A DNA stretch of 53,223 nt from Candidatus Bathyarchaeota archaeon (GTDB lineage: Archaea > Thermoproteota > Bathyarchaeia > Bathyarchaeales > Bathyarchaeaceae): the NCBI GenBank assembly GCA_020348865.1, contig CP070754.1:808612-861834 (forward strand). The letters run 5' to 3'. The notes under the pieces are model-generated. The model was not told the origin of the DNA and did not search any database. It worked only from the letters and a program-made list of their open reading frames with translations. A program made the position numbers and the translations under genes. The first letter of the stretch is position 1; each line of letters opens with the position of its first letter. Positions 1-9,382 of this stretch are shown here, one piece after another.

Positions 1-240
1 TTCGCTGGGATATCCGCCATCGCGTCCTACAGATTGGAGAAACCACCGCTCTCTTACCTCTCTACCATTCTAGGGATCATGTCACTTGTAGCACTGGTTC
101 TACTCGGTTCCGGTATCGATCTGGGACTGGGGATGGGTGGAATGGAACGCATGATCGCCTATCCCCTTTTGCTCTGGGCGATGAGCTTCAGTGGTCACTT
201 GATGACCGGCAACAAGAGAACAAGGACGTCAGAAAAATAG
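1..240 (+). CDS. 3' end of a membrane-protein gene that starts left of the window
   Basis: Frame 1 is open from base 1 to TAG 238-240. The tail translates to hydrophobic helices (LSTILGIMSLVALVLLGSG, MIAYPLLLWAMSFSGHL). Family not assignable by eye. Confidence 0.35.
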   Translation, partial: FAGISAIASYRLEKPPLSYLSTILGIMSLVALVLLGSGIDLGLGMGGMERMIAYPLLLWAMSFSGHLMTGNKRTRTSEK

Positions 241-396
241 CCTAGGTTGGACAGGAAAAACCTTTCTTTTCGAATTGTGAGTGTACACCAAAGATCAGTT
301 CCTCGCTCTCCATGCGTATGCCTATCGGCTTGTGCATGAAATTGAGATCCCAATTCCTTTTCATCAGCTTTATATGATTCCGCCACGGTTATCCAC

Positions 397-876
397 TTGG
401 GGAAAAGTGCTTTGTCAGAGTGGACGTTAGAGAGAGCTCTAAGGCTTGCGTTGAGGCGAGAGGAAGAATCCATCATGCTTTACACGGCTGCGCAAGACAA
501 GGCTTCGAACCGCAGCTCCGTAGAGCTTCTCAAGGAGTTTGTTGTTGAAGAGGAAAAGCACAAAAGCAAGATTCTTGAGGTTCTGGAGCAACAGGAAAAA
601 GTGGAAGAATTAGGAGATTTCGAGACCGAAATTCAGGACCTTAGAATCGTTGACACTTTAGAAGATGTCCCTCTGTCGCCTGACGCGGACTATCAGCAAC
701 TGCTTGTCTACGCGGGAAAGAAGGAGAAAGCAGCCTACAACTTTTACTTGCAGATAGCTGAGAAACACAAAGGCAAACAGATTAGAAAGACGTTCACCAA
801 GCTTGCCCAAGAAGAACTGAAGCATAAGCAAAAGTTGGAACAAGAATACGACGACGTTGTACTGAAGCAAATGTAA
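397..876 (+). CDS. rubrerythrin/ferritin-like diiron four-helix-bundle protein
   Basis: 159-aa ORF with a TTG start. Two E-x-x-H motifs in helical context (VVEEEKHKSK, AQEELKHKQK). Small charged helical protein typical of the family. Confidence 0.55.
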   Translation: MGKSALSEWTLERALRLALRREEESIMLYTAAQDKASNRSSVELLKEFVVEEEKHKSKILEVLEQQEKVEELGDFETEIQDLRIVDTLEDVPLSPDADYQQLLVYAGKKEKAAYNFYLQIAEKHKGKQIRKTFTKLAQEELKHKQKLEQEYDDVVLKQM

Positions 877-896
877 CAATTATGCCTGCATCTGCT

Positions 897-2102
897 TCAG
901 TAAAAGGAAGGTTGACGCTCATAGACTTGTTTTGGAGGTTCCATTCTTCCAGTCTCCTCTGGAGATAATATCTCAATTAGTTCGTACTGGCTTGTTCCCA
1001 AGCCAAGCTGTTCGGAGTATCTTATGACAATGTACGGGTTCTTCATTGCACCCCATAAGCGTTCAAAAGGGTGAAGACTAACATTGGGGTCAAGGTTGAC
1101 GTGCTTGAAATATGGCGGAATGCTCTGTTCTATGAGTCCTACTCTTCCAATAAGATCTAGGGTTGCTGATTCGACGGCGACGATGTCGCGGCTGCCCAAA
1201 ACCCCAATCTCCGGAATGACGCATGGCTGAGCCATCCCCATGCAATCGCAGTGAGGGGTAACCTGTAGGGCGAAGTTCAGGAAAAACCTTTTGTCTTCGT
1301 CAAAAGTCTCCAAAACCTTTTTTGTGGAGATCGCCATTAGTTCTTGAAAAGAAGCGAAGAACTCTGGCATTATTTGTAGGCAGCCGACGTCCTTGTCAGT
1401 TTCAAGACACTGCATGCAGTTTTGGTTCATGCACGCATACATTAGCAGCGTCAACTTGTGCTTCTCAGCGTCATATCTTAATGCTTGGCAGGGGCAGGCT
1501 TCAACCAGGGCCTGAGCGTGCTCGGGTGAGCATTTCTCGGAGTCCCAGTACGGGATTTTCTGCTCCACACCGTGGATTTTTTCCCAACGTGATTTAGCTG
1601 AGTATCCGCCCAGAGCAAGATTTTTGATGGCGCCTCCGTACCCAGGGCAAGCATGTCCTTTTGAGTGAGCCAGACTGATGAGAACATCTGCGTCAAGGAG
1701 TGCACCACACATCTGAAGTTTGTCAATGCCCTTGTAGTTCACGGTGACTGGTCGAGTGTATCCATCTTTGACTCCTGAAACAGGAATGATGGGGCAACCA
1801 CATGTTTCTTGGGTGTAGCCTCGATCAACTGCGTTATAGACCGCCGTGGGGTTGTCTGTGACAAATGGCCATCCTCCAGCTCTTTTGATTGCCCTGACAA
1901 TACGTCGGACGAAGAACACAGGTACTGTCTGGTAGCCATCTTGGAAGCCCAAATGCATCTTCACAGCGACCTTGTCCCTCTTCTCGATTGTCGAGAAGTC
2001 CAGCAGGTCAACGAGTTTGTCCACCTTCGCTGCTAGGGCGGCGAAAACAGCATCCCGACCCTGCTGACTGGAACAAAAATACACTTTTGCTTCTTGTTTC
2101 AA
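897..2102 (-). CDS. DUF362-family Fe-S protein
   Basis: 401 aa. Blocks VAVKMHLG, PFVTDNPT and HSKGHACPGYGGAIKNLALGG match what I recall for DUF362/COG2006. Also a Cys-rich insert (CPCQALRY...CMNQNCMQC) and CDCMG. Lies 61 nt downstream of fdhE on the same strand. Confidence 0.6.
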   Translation of the reverse strand: MKQEAKVYFCSSQQGRDAVFAALAAKVDKLVDLLDFSTIEKRDKVAVKMHLGFQDGYQTVPVFFVRRIVRAIKRAGGWPFVTDNPTAVYNAVDRGYTQETCGCPIIPVSGVKDGYTRPVTVNYKGIDKLQMCGALLDADVLISLAHSKGHACPGYGGAIKNLALGGYSAKSRWEKIHGVEQKIPYWDSEKCSPEHAQALVEACPCQALRYDAEKHKLTLLMYACMNQNCMQCLETDKDVGCLQIMPEFFASFQELMAISTKKVLETFDEDKRFFLNFALQVTPHCDCMGMAQPCVIPEIGVLGSRDIVAVESATLDLIGRVGLIEQSIPPYFKHVNLDPNVSLHPFERLWGAMKNPYIVIRYSEQLGLGTSQYELIEILSPEETGRMEPPKQVYERQPSFY

Positions 2103-2163
2103 GCAATCTCACCATTCTGCATTCAGCGAGGGCGTTACCAGATAAAAACTTGATGCTCTCGTG

Positions 2164-3042
2164 CTAGGCTGAATGGTCTGTTTCTCTAATGAGATCTGCT
2201 TCTTTGGCGGAGAAGTCAAGATTCAGCGTCAATATGTCTTCGAGCCCTTTTGGGATGGGGTCTTTCAGTTTTGCTTCATTAATCACTTTTATGTAGCGCT
2301 TGCACTTGGTGCAGAAGTCGATTTGAAAGGCAGGCTGAGCCTCAACAGCCAAATATTTGAGAGTGTATGGATCCTTATTTCCACAATGAACACAGGAGAA
2401 ATGGTCAGAAAGATACTCAGCGCCGCAAAACGTGCACACCAAGTAACGCTTGTTGTGTTTGAGTCTAGCTACTGCAGGAATTCTACCACAGACAGGACAT
2501 GTAGCCTGCCACCATTTGTCAAGGAGAGAGGGGTCACTTTTTCCCGCAATCCTTTCTAGACAAGGCTGAATCAACGCGCCAACAGTGAAAAGAAGGAGTG
2601 CAGGCTGAACGCCTGATTCTTCTGCAACTTTTCCAATGGAGACTATATCTTCCCTCAAAGCTGCCTCAACAAGCTTGAGTATATCAAGCCTTCCGCTTTC
2701 CAGATAACTCAAGAGCTTCTCCAAACCCTTTTTATTGACATTTTGCTCAATGAGGACACGCACAACTTTCTTGGACACCTTAGACGAAACGTCGAGGTTG
2801 AACATGTGTGGATCGAGAAAGTGAATGATTGGTTTCTTTGCATCCAAAGATTTTCGCTGGAGATCGTCAACAACGTTTTGGTCATCGCATTTTATGTTTG
2901 TTCCTTTTGTTGGAGTGTTGTCGATTTCCAGTTGGATCTGCAGGATTTCCTTGTATAATCCCAAGGGATTCTGCAAGTCTTTGCGTTGCTGGATCAGCAA
3001 GGACACCATTTTCAACTGCTCTTGTACTGGAGGATTCCCCAA
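2164..3042 (-). CDS. fdhE: formate dehydrogenase accessory protein FdhE
   Basis: 292 aa with the FdhE cysteine ladder: CPVCG...CTFCG...CVHCG...CTKCKRYIKV. Divergent from the Tat-dependent fdhA. Confidence 0.75.
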   Translation of the reverse strand: MGNPPVQEQLKMVSLLIQQRKDLQNPLGLYKEILQIQLEIDNTPTKGTNIKCDDQNVVDDLQRKSLDAKKPIIHFLDPHMFNLDVSSKVSKKVVRVLIEQNVNKKGLEKLLSYLESGRLDILKLVEAALREDIVSIGKVAEESGVQPALLLFTVGALIQPCLERIAGKSDPSLLDKWWQATCPVCGRIPAVARLKHNKRYLVCTFCGAEYLSDHFSCVHCGNKDPYTLKYLAVEAQPAFQIDFCTKCKRYIKVINEAKLKDPIPKGLEDILTLNLDFSAKEADLIRETDHSA

Positions 3043-3131
3043 CCCTAACGCCCTCTTGAACTACATATTTTATGGTGTCAAAGTTAAAGCACAACAAGAA
3101 TTTATGTTTATTTGGGCTCTCTTCCGTAATC

Positions 3132-3140
3132 TTTATAATA
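3132..3140 (+). promoter_or_regulatory. candidate TATA box for the fdh operon
   Basis: TTTATAATA lies about 50-60 nt upstream of the TTG start at 3191, leaving a short leader with the purine-rich AGGAAGTG. Sequence pattern only. Confidence 0.3.
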
Positions 3141-3190
3141 CTTTCTGAAGCATAGGGTCTAATTCAATGTACCTAGGAAGTGTATGATTT

Positions 3191-6130
3191 TTGGATAGAA
3201 GAGAGTTTGTGAAGGCAGTTGGAGCGGCGTCAGTCGCGTCATTCGCGCTTGGGGATCTCATAAAACTGAGTGGCGTGAAGGCGTCAGCTGTCGAAGCAAC
3301 AAGTGAAAAATGGGACAAATATAGGGTCGGGCAGAGAACCCCCAGCATATGTCCTTATTGCGCTGGGGGATGCGGTCTAATTGTGACAACGCTGGGTGGC
3401 GAACTTGTTGAAATTGAAGGAGACCCAATTCACCCGATAAATCGAGGAGCCTTATGTAGCAAGGCAGCAGCCACTTTTCAGCTGGTCTCAAGTGATCGTC
3501 GTGTTCTTTATCCAATGAAAAGAACGAATCCCAACAAAGGGAAAGACGAGGATCCAGGATGGGAACAGATAACATGGGATGAGGCCTATCAGTTGATTGG
3601 TGAGAAAGTCAAGGACGCCCTGGAGGATTATCCTTACAAGCACGGTGACGATTACTACTACAACGGAAAGGACAACCCTATTTCTTGGCTTGGGTCTTCA
3701 TACTGGAACAACGAAGAATGCTACCTAGGTAGAAAACTGATCTCTCTTCTTGGATCAAACAATGTTGAACATCAAGCTAGAAAATGCCATGCTTCGACTG
3801 TGGCAGCTCTTGCTAGCACCTTCGGATTCGGCGCTATGACAAACCACATTGTCGACGCTAAGAACAGCAAGTGTTTTCTTATCGTGAGCAATCCTGCTGA
3901 ATCCCACACTATGGAGTTCAAATGGGTAAGGGCCGCCATTGAAGACGGTGCAAAAGTAATCGTCCTAGACCCTAGATTCAACAGAACTGGTTCTCAAGCA
4001 CACATCTATGCTAGATACAGATCAGGCGGAGAGGCCGCCATATTTCTGGGTCTAATTCGATACGTGCTTTACGAGCACCCAGAGCGAATTGACGAGAAAT
4101 TCCTTGAGGAGCGAACCAACGCCCCTTACACTATTGATGGCACAGGGCCTTTAATGGACTGGAAGACTAATCCAGATTCAGTATTCAGCAAGCTGAAGGC
4201 ACTCGTTGATGATTACGATCCGGAAGAGGTAGAAAAAATCTCAGGTATCAAGGAAGCTGATTTTGAACAGATAGCTGAAACTTTCTCTTCCATTAAACCT
4301 GGCAACATCTACTATTCAATGGGAACTACACAACACACCAACGCTACTCAAACCATCAGAGCCCAAGCAATACTTCAGCTGATACTTGGAAACATGGGAA
4401 AACCCGGAGGCGGAGTCAATGCATTGCGAGGCATAAGCAATGTACAAGGTTCAACAGACATGAATCTACTGTCTCACCTGATTATGGGCTACAGAGCGCC
4501 TCCCAAAACTGTAGATGAGATTAGACGGTATCAGAAATGGAAGAACTCAGATGCAGAAACCCGTGGTGGATATTCAGGAGGAGCCACCTACACACCCCCA
4601 GACAAAAGTACCGAACAATATGACCTTAGGCATTTCCCAACTTGGAACGCTCTCGAATACCACTGGGGCTTGTATGTAGGCACGTGGCCGGGCAACGACC
4701 CAGACAACGAACCAGTCGTCTGTGATTTGCCAGTCGGTCTTGGAAATCCAATTGTGCAGTTGTTTAGAGCTGTCAAGGATGGCACGATCAAGGTTATGAT
4801 CTGCAATGGGGAGAACCCGGCTGTTTCGGTAGCGAATGCCAATCTCGTTAGGGATGCCCTATCGAGTGAACACCTCTTTCTCGTTGTCGATGAGCTCTTT
4901 GAGACAGAGACAGCACACTACGCTGACATATTGCTGCCTGGAACAACACAAGTCGAAAGAGATGGTAGCATCACAAACACCGGAAGATGGATTCAATGGC
5001 GTTGGAAAGCGGTGGACCCGCCTGGTGAATGCAAACCAGAGCTAACCTACCTGACGGAGCTATACCAAAAGATACGTGCCACTCTAAAATCCGCAGGAAT
5101 AAAACTTCCCTCCGAGAAGTATGAGGACGACAACACAGGCGTAGATGTGAAGAAAACTATAGGCACTGAGGAGATACAGAACGACCCGGAAGCAGCTTGG
5201 CCCTCTAGGTTTGGAGACAGCGCTGAAGGCGTGTACAAGGAAGCAGGTGCCAAGAGCATTCAAGTTGGTGGCGTTACGTTGCCCCAAAGTGCTGCAAACG
5301 TGATTTACAAGAACATCTATGACCTAGATTTAAGGCCCGACCTTGACGGAATTCTTGCAAAGAGACGCGATCCCAACCCTGTTGACCTAGAAGATGCAGA
5401 GTACGGTTACTACAAGAATTGGGCTGTCAGTTGGATGGTCAATCAAAGGATTCTCTATCAGAAAGATGAAAGCAAGAAGGGTGTAGACTACTTCTTCACT
5501 TGGTTCGCCATAAGCCCAGACAAGTGGTTGGGCTACGACAAAGCTGCGATATTCTCAAAGCCACTACAGAAGCCTGGCAAGGCAGACACAAACCCGTTGA
5601 AACATGGAATGCCACTCCATAATGAACCTTTGGAGAGTCCTGACTCAGCACTAGCATCAAAGTACCCATCCATGTGGGATAGTAGGTTCAAAGTGGGAAG
5701 CCCTGACGAGGATCTTATAGGCACCCCTGATGATTACCCCCACGTCCTTACAACATTCCGACTGGCTGAGCATATGCAAGCGGGAGCGATGACAAGGAAC
5801 TTGCCTTGGCTTGTTGAAACTCATCCATCTATGTTCGTTGAGATGAGCCCCGAACTTGCCCAAGACATAGGCGTGAGTGCCGGCGACGATGTACTTGTGA
5901 AGTCAGCAAGAAAACCTGACGGCATCAAAGTCAAAGCCATGGTCACCGACCGAATGCAACCAATCACGGTCAACGGCAAAACAGTTCACGAAGTTGCTAT
6001 GCCGTGGCACTGGGGTTTCAAGGGCATCAGCACGGGACCAAGTGCAAACGAAGTCACTATAGATGCGGTGGATGTAAGCGCAAACATTCCGGAAACCAAA
6101 GCCTGCTTAGTAAAAGTGGAGAAAGCCTAG
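3191..6130 (+). CDS. fdhA: formate dehydrogenase alpha subunit, Tat-exported FdnG type, Cys variant
   Basis: 979 aa, TTG start. Twin-arginine signal MDRREFVKAVGAASVASFALG. 4Fe-4S motif CPYCAGGCGL. Active-site block HQARKCHASTVAALASTFGFGAMTNH has Cys at the Sec/Cys position. Size fits periplasmic FdnG-type enzymes. Confidence 0.9.
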   Translation: MDRREFVKAVGAASVASFALGDLIKLSGVKASAVEATSEKWDKYRVGQRTPSICPYCAGGCGLIVTTLGGELVEIEGDPIHPINRGALCSKAAATFQLVSSDRRVLYPMKRTNPNKGKDEDPGWEQITWDEAYQLIGEKVKDALEDYPYKHGDDYYYNGKDNPISWLGSSYWNNEECYLGRKLISLLGSNNVEHQARKCHASTVAALASTFGFGAMTNHIVDAKNSKCFLIVSNPAESHTMEFKWVRAAIEDGAKVIVLDPRFNRTGSQAHIYARYRSGGEAAIFLGLIRYVLYEHPERIDEKFLEERTNAPYTIDGTGPLMDWKTNPDSVFSKLKALVDDYDPEEVEKISGIKEADFEQIAETFSSIKPGNIYYSMGTTQHTNATQTIRAQAILQLILGNMGKPGGGVNALRGISNVQGSTDMNLLSHLIMGYRAPPKTVDEIRRYQKWKNSDAETRGGYSGGATYTPPDKSTEQYDLRHFPTWNALEYHWGLYVGTWPGNDPDNEPVVCDLPVGLGNPIVQLFRAVKDGTIKVMICNGENPAVSVANANLVRDALSSEHLFLVVDELFETETAHYADILLPGTTQVERDGSITNTGRWIQWRWKAVDPPGECKPELTYLTELYQKIRATLKSAGIKLPSEKYEDDNTGVDVKKTIGTEEIQNDPEAAWPSRFGDSAEGVYKEAGAKSIQVGGVTLPQSAANVIYKNIYDLDLRPDLDGILAKRRDPNPVDLEDAEYGYYKNWAVSWMVNQRILYQKDESKKGVDYFFTWFAISPDKWLGYDKAAIFSKPLQKPGKADTNPLKHGMPLHNEPLESPDSALASKYPSMWDSRFKVGSPDEDLIGTPDDYPHVLTTFRLAEHMQAGAMTRNLPWLVETHPSMFVEMSPELAQDIGVSAGDDVLVKSARKPDGIKVKAMVTDRMQPITVNGKTVHEVAMPWHWGFKGISTGPSANEVTIDAVDVSANIPETKACLVKVEKA

Positions 6131-6190
6131 CAGGAAATGGATTTGGAAAGCACGCATCTAATGTAAGATACATACTGTTTTGCTTCAACG

Positions 6191-6769
6191 ATGAGAGGTT
6201 GCATATTGGTGACCACTGAGAAGTTGACAAGTCCGCCCAAAGCCATGTCAAGAATCTCTGGTTACATATACGTCTCAGATGGATCGAGGCTGAAAGGTGC
6301 CAAAGTTGCTTGTGGTGAGACGGAAACAAGAACACTTGCTGACGGCTATTTTGTACTTGATGCTTTAGTTCCAGGAGACTTGGACGTTACAGCAAATCTG
6401 CAAGGCTTCAAACCGGAAAGCAAAACCATCTCCCTCCATGAGGGAGAAGAGATAAACCTCGATTTTCATCTATCCAAGGCTAAGGGAACCGCTGGAATTC
6501 ATGGTTATGTTTATGACGCCAAATCCAAGAAAACTGTAGGTAAAGGTGGCTCAATCATAATTGTGTTGCCCATATCCAACAAGTATGGATCCATCGACAA
6601 AGACGGTTACTATGAATTCACGAATCTGCCTGCAGGGACATACAAAATACTCACTTCCATCCAAGGATATGCAGACAACAATGCTACTCTCAAGGTGAAT
6701 GATGCTGAAACAAAGGAGCACAACTTCTTCTGCAAAACCCAGAATATAGAGGAGCCACCATGGGGTTAG
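6191..6769 (+). CDS. protein with two carboxypeptidase-regulatory-like (Ig-like beta-sandwich) domains
   Basis: Two ~80-aa repeats: GYIYVSDGS...LADGYFVLDALVPGDLDV...GFKP and GIHGYVYDAKS...DKDGYYEFTNLPAGTYKI...GYAD. Alternative ATG at 6245. No signal peptide seen. Sits between fdhA and fdhB. Confidence 0.55.
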   Translation: MRGCILVTTEKLTSPPKAMSRISGYIYVSDGSRLKGAKVACGETETRTLADGYFVLDALVPGDLDVTANLQGFKPESKTISLHEGEEINLDFHLSKAKGTAGIHGYVYDAKSKKTVGKGGSIIIVLPISNKYGSIDKDGYYEFTNLPAGTYKILTSIQGYADNNATLKVNDAETKEHNFFCKTQNIEEPPWG

Positions 6770-6853
6770 AACAGATGTCCAACATACAGCAGTTAGTTTT
6801 ATATTCATCCAATATTGTAAATAGTGAATTCATGACTTTGGAAGGTTGAAGGC

Positions 6854-7612
6854 ATGGAGTATGCGGTATTAGTTGATCCAGCAAAATGCATTGGTTGTAG
6901 AGCATGCCAAGTGACGTGCAAACGGTGGAACAACCGTCCAGGTGAAGAGACAACATTCAGTAATGAATGGACCAATCCGCCAAAGCTCTCTTTTGATACG
7001 TATACGCACATCCAGTTCAAACTTGAACATGATGAAACCACTGGGAGCACGAAATGGCGTTTCTTCAACTGGAGATGTATGCACTGCCATGAGCCTGCAT
7101 GTGCAGAAGCATGCCCGGTCAGTGCCATCACTAAGCATGAAGAAGGCCCAGTCGTAGTCAACATTAATCGATGTATTGGATGCAAATTCTGCGTGAGTGC
7201 GTGTCCATTTGGCATTCCTAAATTTGACCCAGATACAGGAAAAGTCGATAAGTGTCACATGTGCTACGATCGAGTCCCTCACAAAGAACCTGCATGTGTC
7301 CAAAGTTGCCCGACAGATGCCCTTCTCTTCGGCACGCGAGACTCCATCATCCAGAAAGCTATGAAAAGAAAGGAAGAATTGAACGGCTATGTTTATGGGG
7401 ACATCGACAATAAGCCCTTGGGCGGAACATCCTTCATTTATGTTCTAGACGCGGAACCATCCGTTTTTGGGCTTCCTGAGGTTGGTGAAGCATTACCTGC
7501 AACTGTGCCTGTGATCAAGTATTCTAAATGGTTGCTCGTACCTGCAGCTCTGGGCGGCCTAGCATACTTAGTATCGTGGCGAAGGAGAAGAATGAAGGAA
7601 AAGGAGGAATGA
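6854..7612 (+). CDS. fdhB: formate dehydrogenase beta (4x[4Fe-4S]) subunit with C-terminal membrane anchor
   Basis: Cys clusters CIGCRACQVTC, CMHCHEPACAEACP, CIGCKFCVSACP and CHMCYDRV...PACVQSCP. C-terminal TM helix WLLVPAALGGLAYLVSW, as in FdnH. Confidence 0.85.
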   Translation: MEYAVLVDPAKCIGCRACQVTCKRWNNRPGEETTFSNEWTNPPKLSFDTYTHIQFKLEHDETTGSTKWRFFNWRCMHCHEPACAEACPVSAITKHEEGPVVVNINRCIGCKFCVSACPFGIPKFDPDTGKVDKCHMCYDRVPHKEPACVQSCPTDALLFGTRDSIIQKAMKRKEELNGYVYGDIDNKPLGGTSFIYVLDAEPSVFGLPEVGEALPATVPVIKYSKWLLVPAALGGLAYLVSWRRRRMKEKEE

Positions 7613-7616
7613 ACCT

Positions 7617-8168
7617 TTGACAGGACAGAAAGAAATTTCGGAAAAGAAGTATCCACCTGACGTGAACTACAGAACGGTTTTGAAAGGGTTGGCGCGGTTA
7701 GATCCCTTCTTCCACCTTCTGATGGCCATACTCTTGATAACAGGTTTGATGATAGACCTGCTTGGTCCTTGGTTAGGTGGTTGGCTTTGGTCAATTCGGA
7801 CGATTGCACATGGTTATCTAGGTGCGCTCTTCATATTGGTCTTCATAGTATACATTGTCCAGGTGATCTATTCGAAAAAGATGCGAACAGTGTTGACGGC
7901 TACGAATTATGTAGATTTCCTGTTCTACATCATACTGATCATTACCGGAATGACGACGGCTTCAGCAAACAAACCTTGGATTGACGTCATTCCAGGACTT
8001 TTCCATGCTCTATCTCCAATTGCGGAATTCACTCCAGCGATACACACTGCAGTGACCTATGTTTGGATAGTGTTCTCAACAGTATTCCCCGGCGGCATAC
8101 TTCACGGAATCGCAAGTGTGTATCTGATTTCGCATCTTAAGAAGAAATCTAAAATGGAAAGGTCATGA
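7617..8168 (+). CDS. membrane b-type cytochrome-like subunit (FdnI/HdrE/DsrM-like)
   Basis: 183 aa. TTG start 4 nt after the fdhB stop. 4-5 TM helices with intramembrane His (FFHLLMAILLITG, IAHGYLG, AIHTAV, ILHGIA). Assigned by pattern and context only. Confidence 0.55.
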   Translation: MTGQKEISEKKYPPDVNYRTVLKGLARLDPFFHLLMAILLITGLMIDLLGPWLGGWLWSIRTIAHGYLGALFILVFIVYIVQVIYSKKMRTVLTATNYVDFLFYIILIITGMTTASANKPWIDVIPGLFHALSPIAEFTPAIHTAVTYVWIVFSTVFPGGILHGIASVYLISHLKKKSKMERS

Positions 8169-9361
8169 ATGAGGTGAAATGCATGAAGGCAGAGAAATTC
8201 TTGGGAAATTTCGGAAGATCAGAATCCCTGTGGATGTATGCATGTGCAAGATGTGGAGAATGTGTGGATGTTTGTCCAGTTTATGAAGAAACTGCGGATG
8301 AATACACTGCGCCAGGGTTCAAGATAAAGAAGATGCGGGGATTGGTCGGAAGGAAACTGGGGCTTCCATTTTCTGGAGGTATCAGTGAGCAAGGGATTAA
8401 GAAGATTGTGAAAGGGCTATACGAATGCACCTTATGTGGTCGTTGCTGGTCCGTCTGCCCCTACAATTATGATCTGGTTTCCCTCTGGGAGACCGCTAGG
8501 GAAAGTGCGTTTGAAACTGGCTTCGGGCTGGATTCACATGTGGAAATGATAAATGCAGTGAAGGCGGAAAACAACATTTTCAACAGGCCACACGCGAGGC
8601 GCAAAGATTGGACGAAAGGGTTGGACGTCCCCGTAAAAGAGAAAGCTGACACTGTTTACTTTGTTGGTTGCCTGATGTCTTATAGAGGACAACTGAAGCC
8701 TGCAGCAAAAGCCATGGCCACCATTATGAATGCTGCCGGAGAAAACTGGACAACTCTGGAAAACGAAGTTTGCTGTGGTGTACCACTGAAGTTTTCAGGT
8801 GGCACCAAAGATTTAGAGGAATTGATGGAGATCAACATAAGTGCAATAGAGTCGATTGGAGCAAGGAAAATAGTATTTAGTTGCCCTGGCTGCTTACGCA
8901 TGTTTCGGCAGGAATACTCCAAGGCTTTGGGCAAGAAGGTTCGTATGGTCCACGGAATCGAACTCATCGACAGTTACATTCAATCAGGCAGAATCAAACT
9001 CAAGGATAAATTGGCAGAAAGAATGACATATCATGATCCATGTGAGCTTTCAAGACTGGCCGGAGTGATAGAAGAACCCAGGCGGATATTCAATAGCGTG
9101 ACAAGCGGGTTTGTTGAGCTTCCTGGAAACAAATTCAATGTAGTCTGCTGTGGCGGAGGAGGACTGTACAAAGCAGTGGACCTAGACAAGTCTCTTGGGA
9201 TAGCAGGAAAGAGGATTGGGCAAGCAGAGGAGATTAATGCAGCAGGCTTGATGACAGCATGCCCTTCATGCTACATGACCCTCAGCCAAACTGCCCGCTC
9301 CAAGAAGTCTAACGTGAAAGTTAATGATTTTGCTGAGGTTGTTGCGCAGCAAATCGAATGA
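8165..9361 (+). CDS. HdrD/DsrK/GlpC-family Fe-S oxidoreductase with two CCG domains
   Basis: ATGA overlap with the cytochrome b gene. Ferredoxin motifs CARCGECVDVCP and CTLCGRCWSVCP. Two Cys-rich CCG modules (YFVGC...VCCG...SCPGC; YHDPC...VCCGGGGG...ACPSC). Confidence 0.75.
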   Translation: MNEVKCMKAEKFLGNFGRSESLWMYACARCGECVDVCPVYEETADEYTAPGFKIKKMRGLVGRKLGLPFSGGISEQGIKKIVKGLYECTLCGRCWSVCPYNYDLVSLWETARESAFETGFGLDSHVEMINAVKAENNIFNRPHARRKDWTKGLDVPVKEKADTVYFVGCLMSYRGQLKPAAKAMATIMNAAGENWTTLENEVCCGVPLKFSGGTKDLEELMEINISAIESIGARKIVFSCPGCLRMFRQEYSKALGKKVRMVHGIELIDSYIQSGRIKLKDKLAERMTYHDPCELSRLAGVIEEPRRIFNSVTSGFVELPGNKFNVVCCGGGGLYKAVDLDKSLGIAGKRIGQAEEINAAGLMTACPSCYMTLSQTARSKKSNVKVNDFAEVVAQQIE

Positions 9362-9382
9362 AAGAACGGAGCCTAAGCTGTT

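Noticed and set aside
3191-6130. Selenocysteine recoding in fdhA
   Set aside because: The ORF is uninterrupted. The active-site position reads Cys (HQARKCHAS), so there is no in-frame TGA and no need for a SECIS element.
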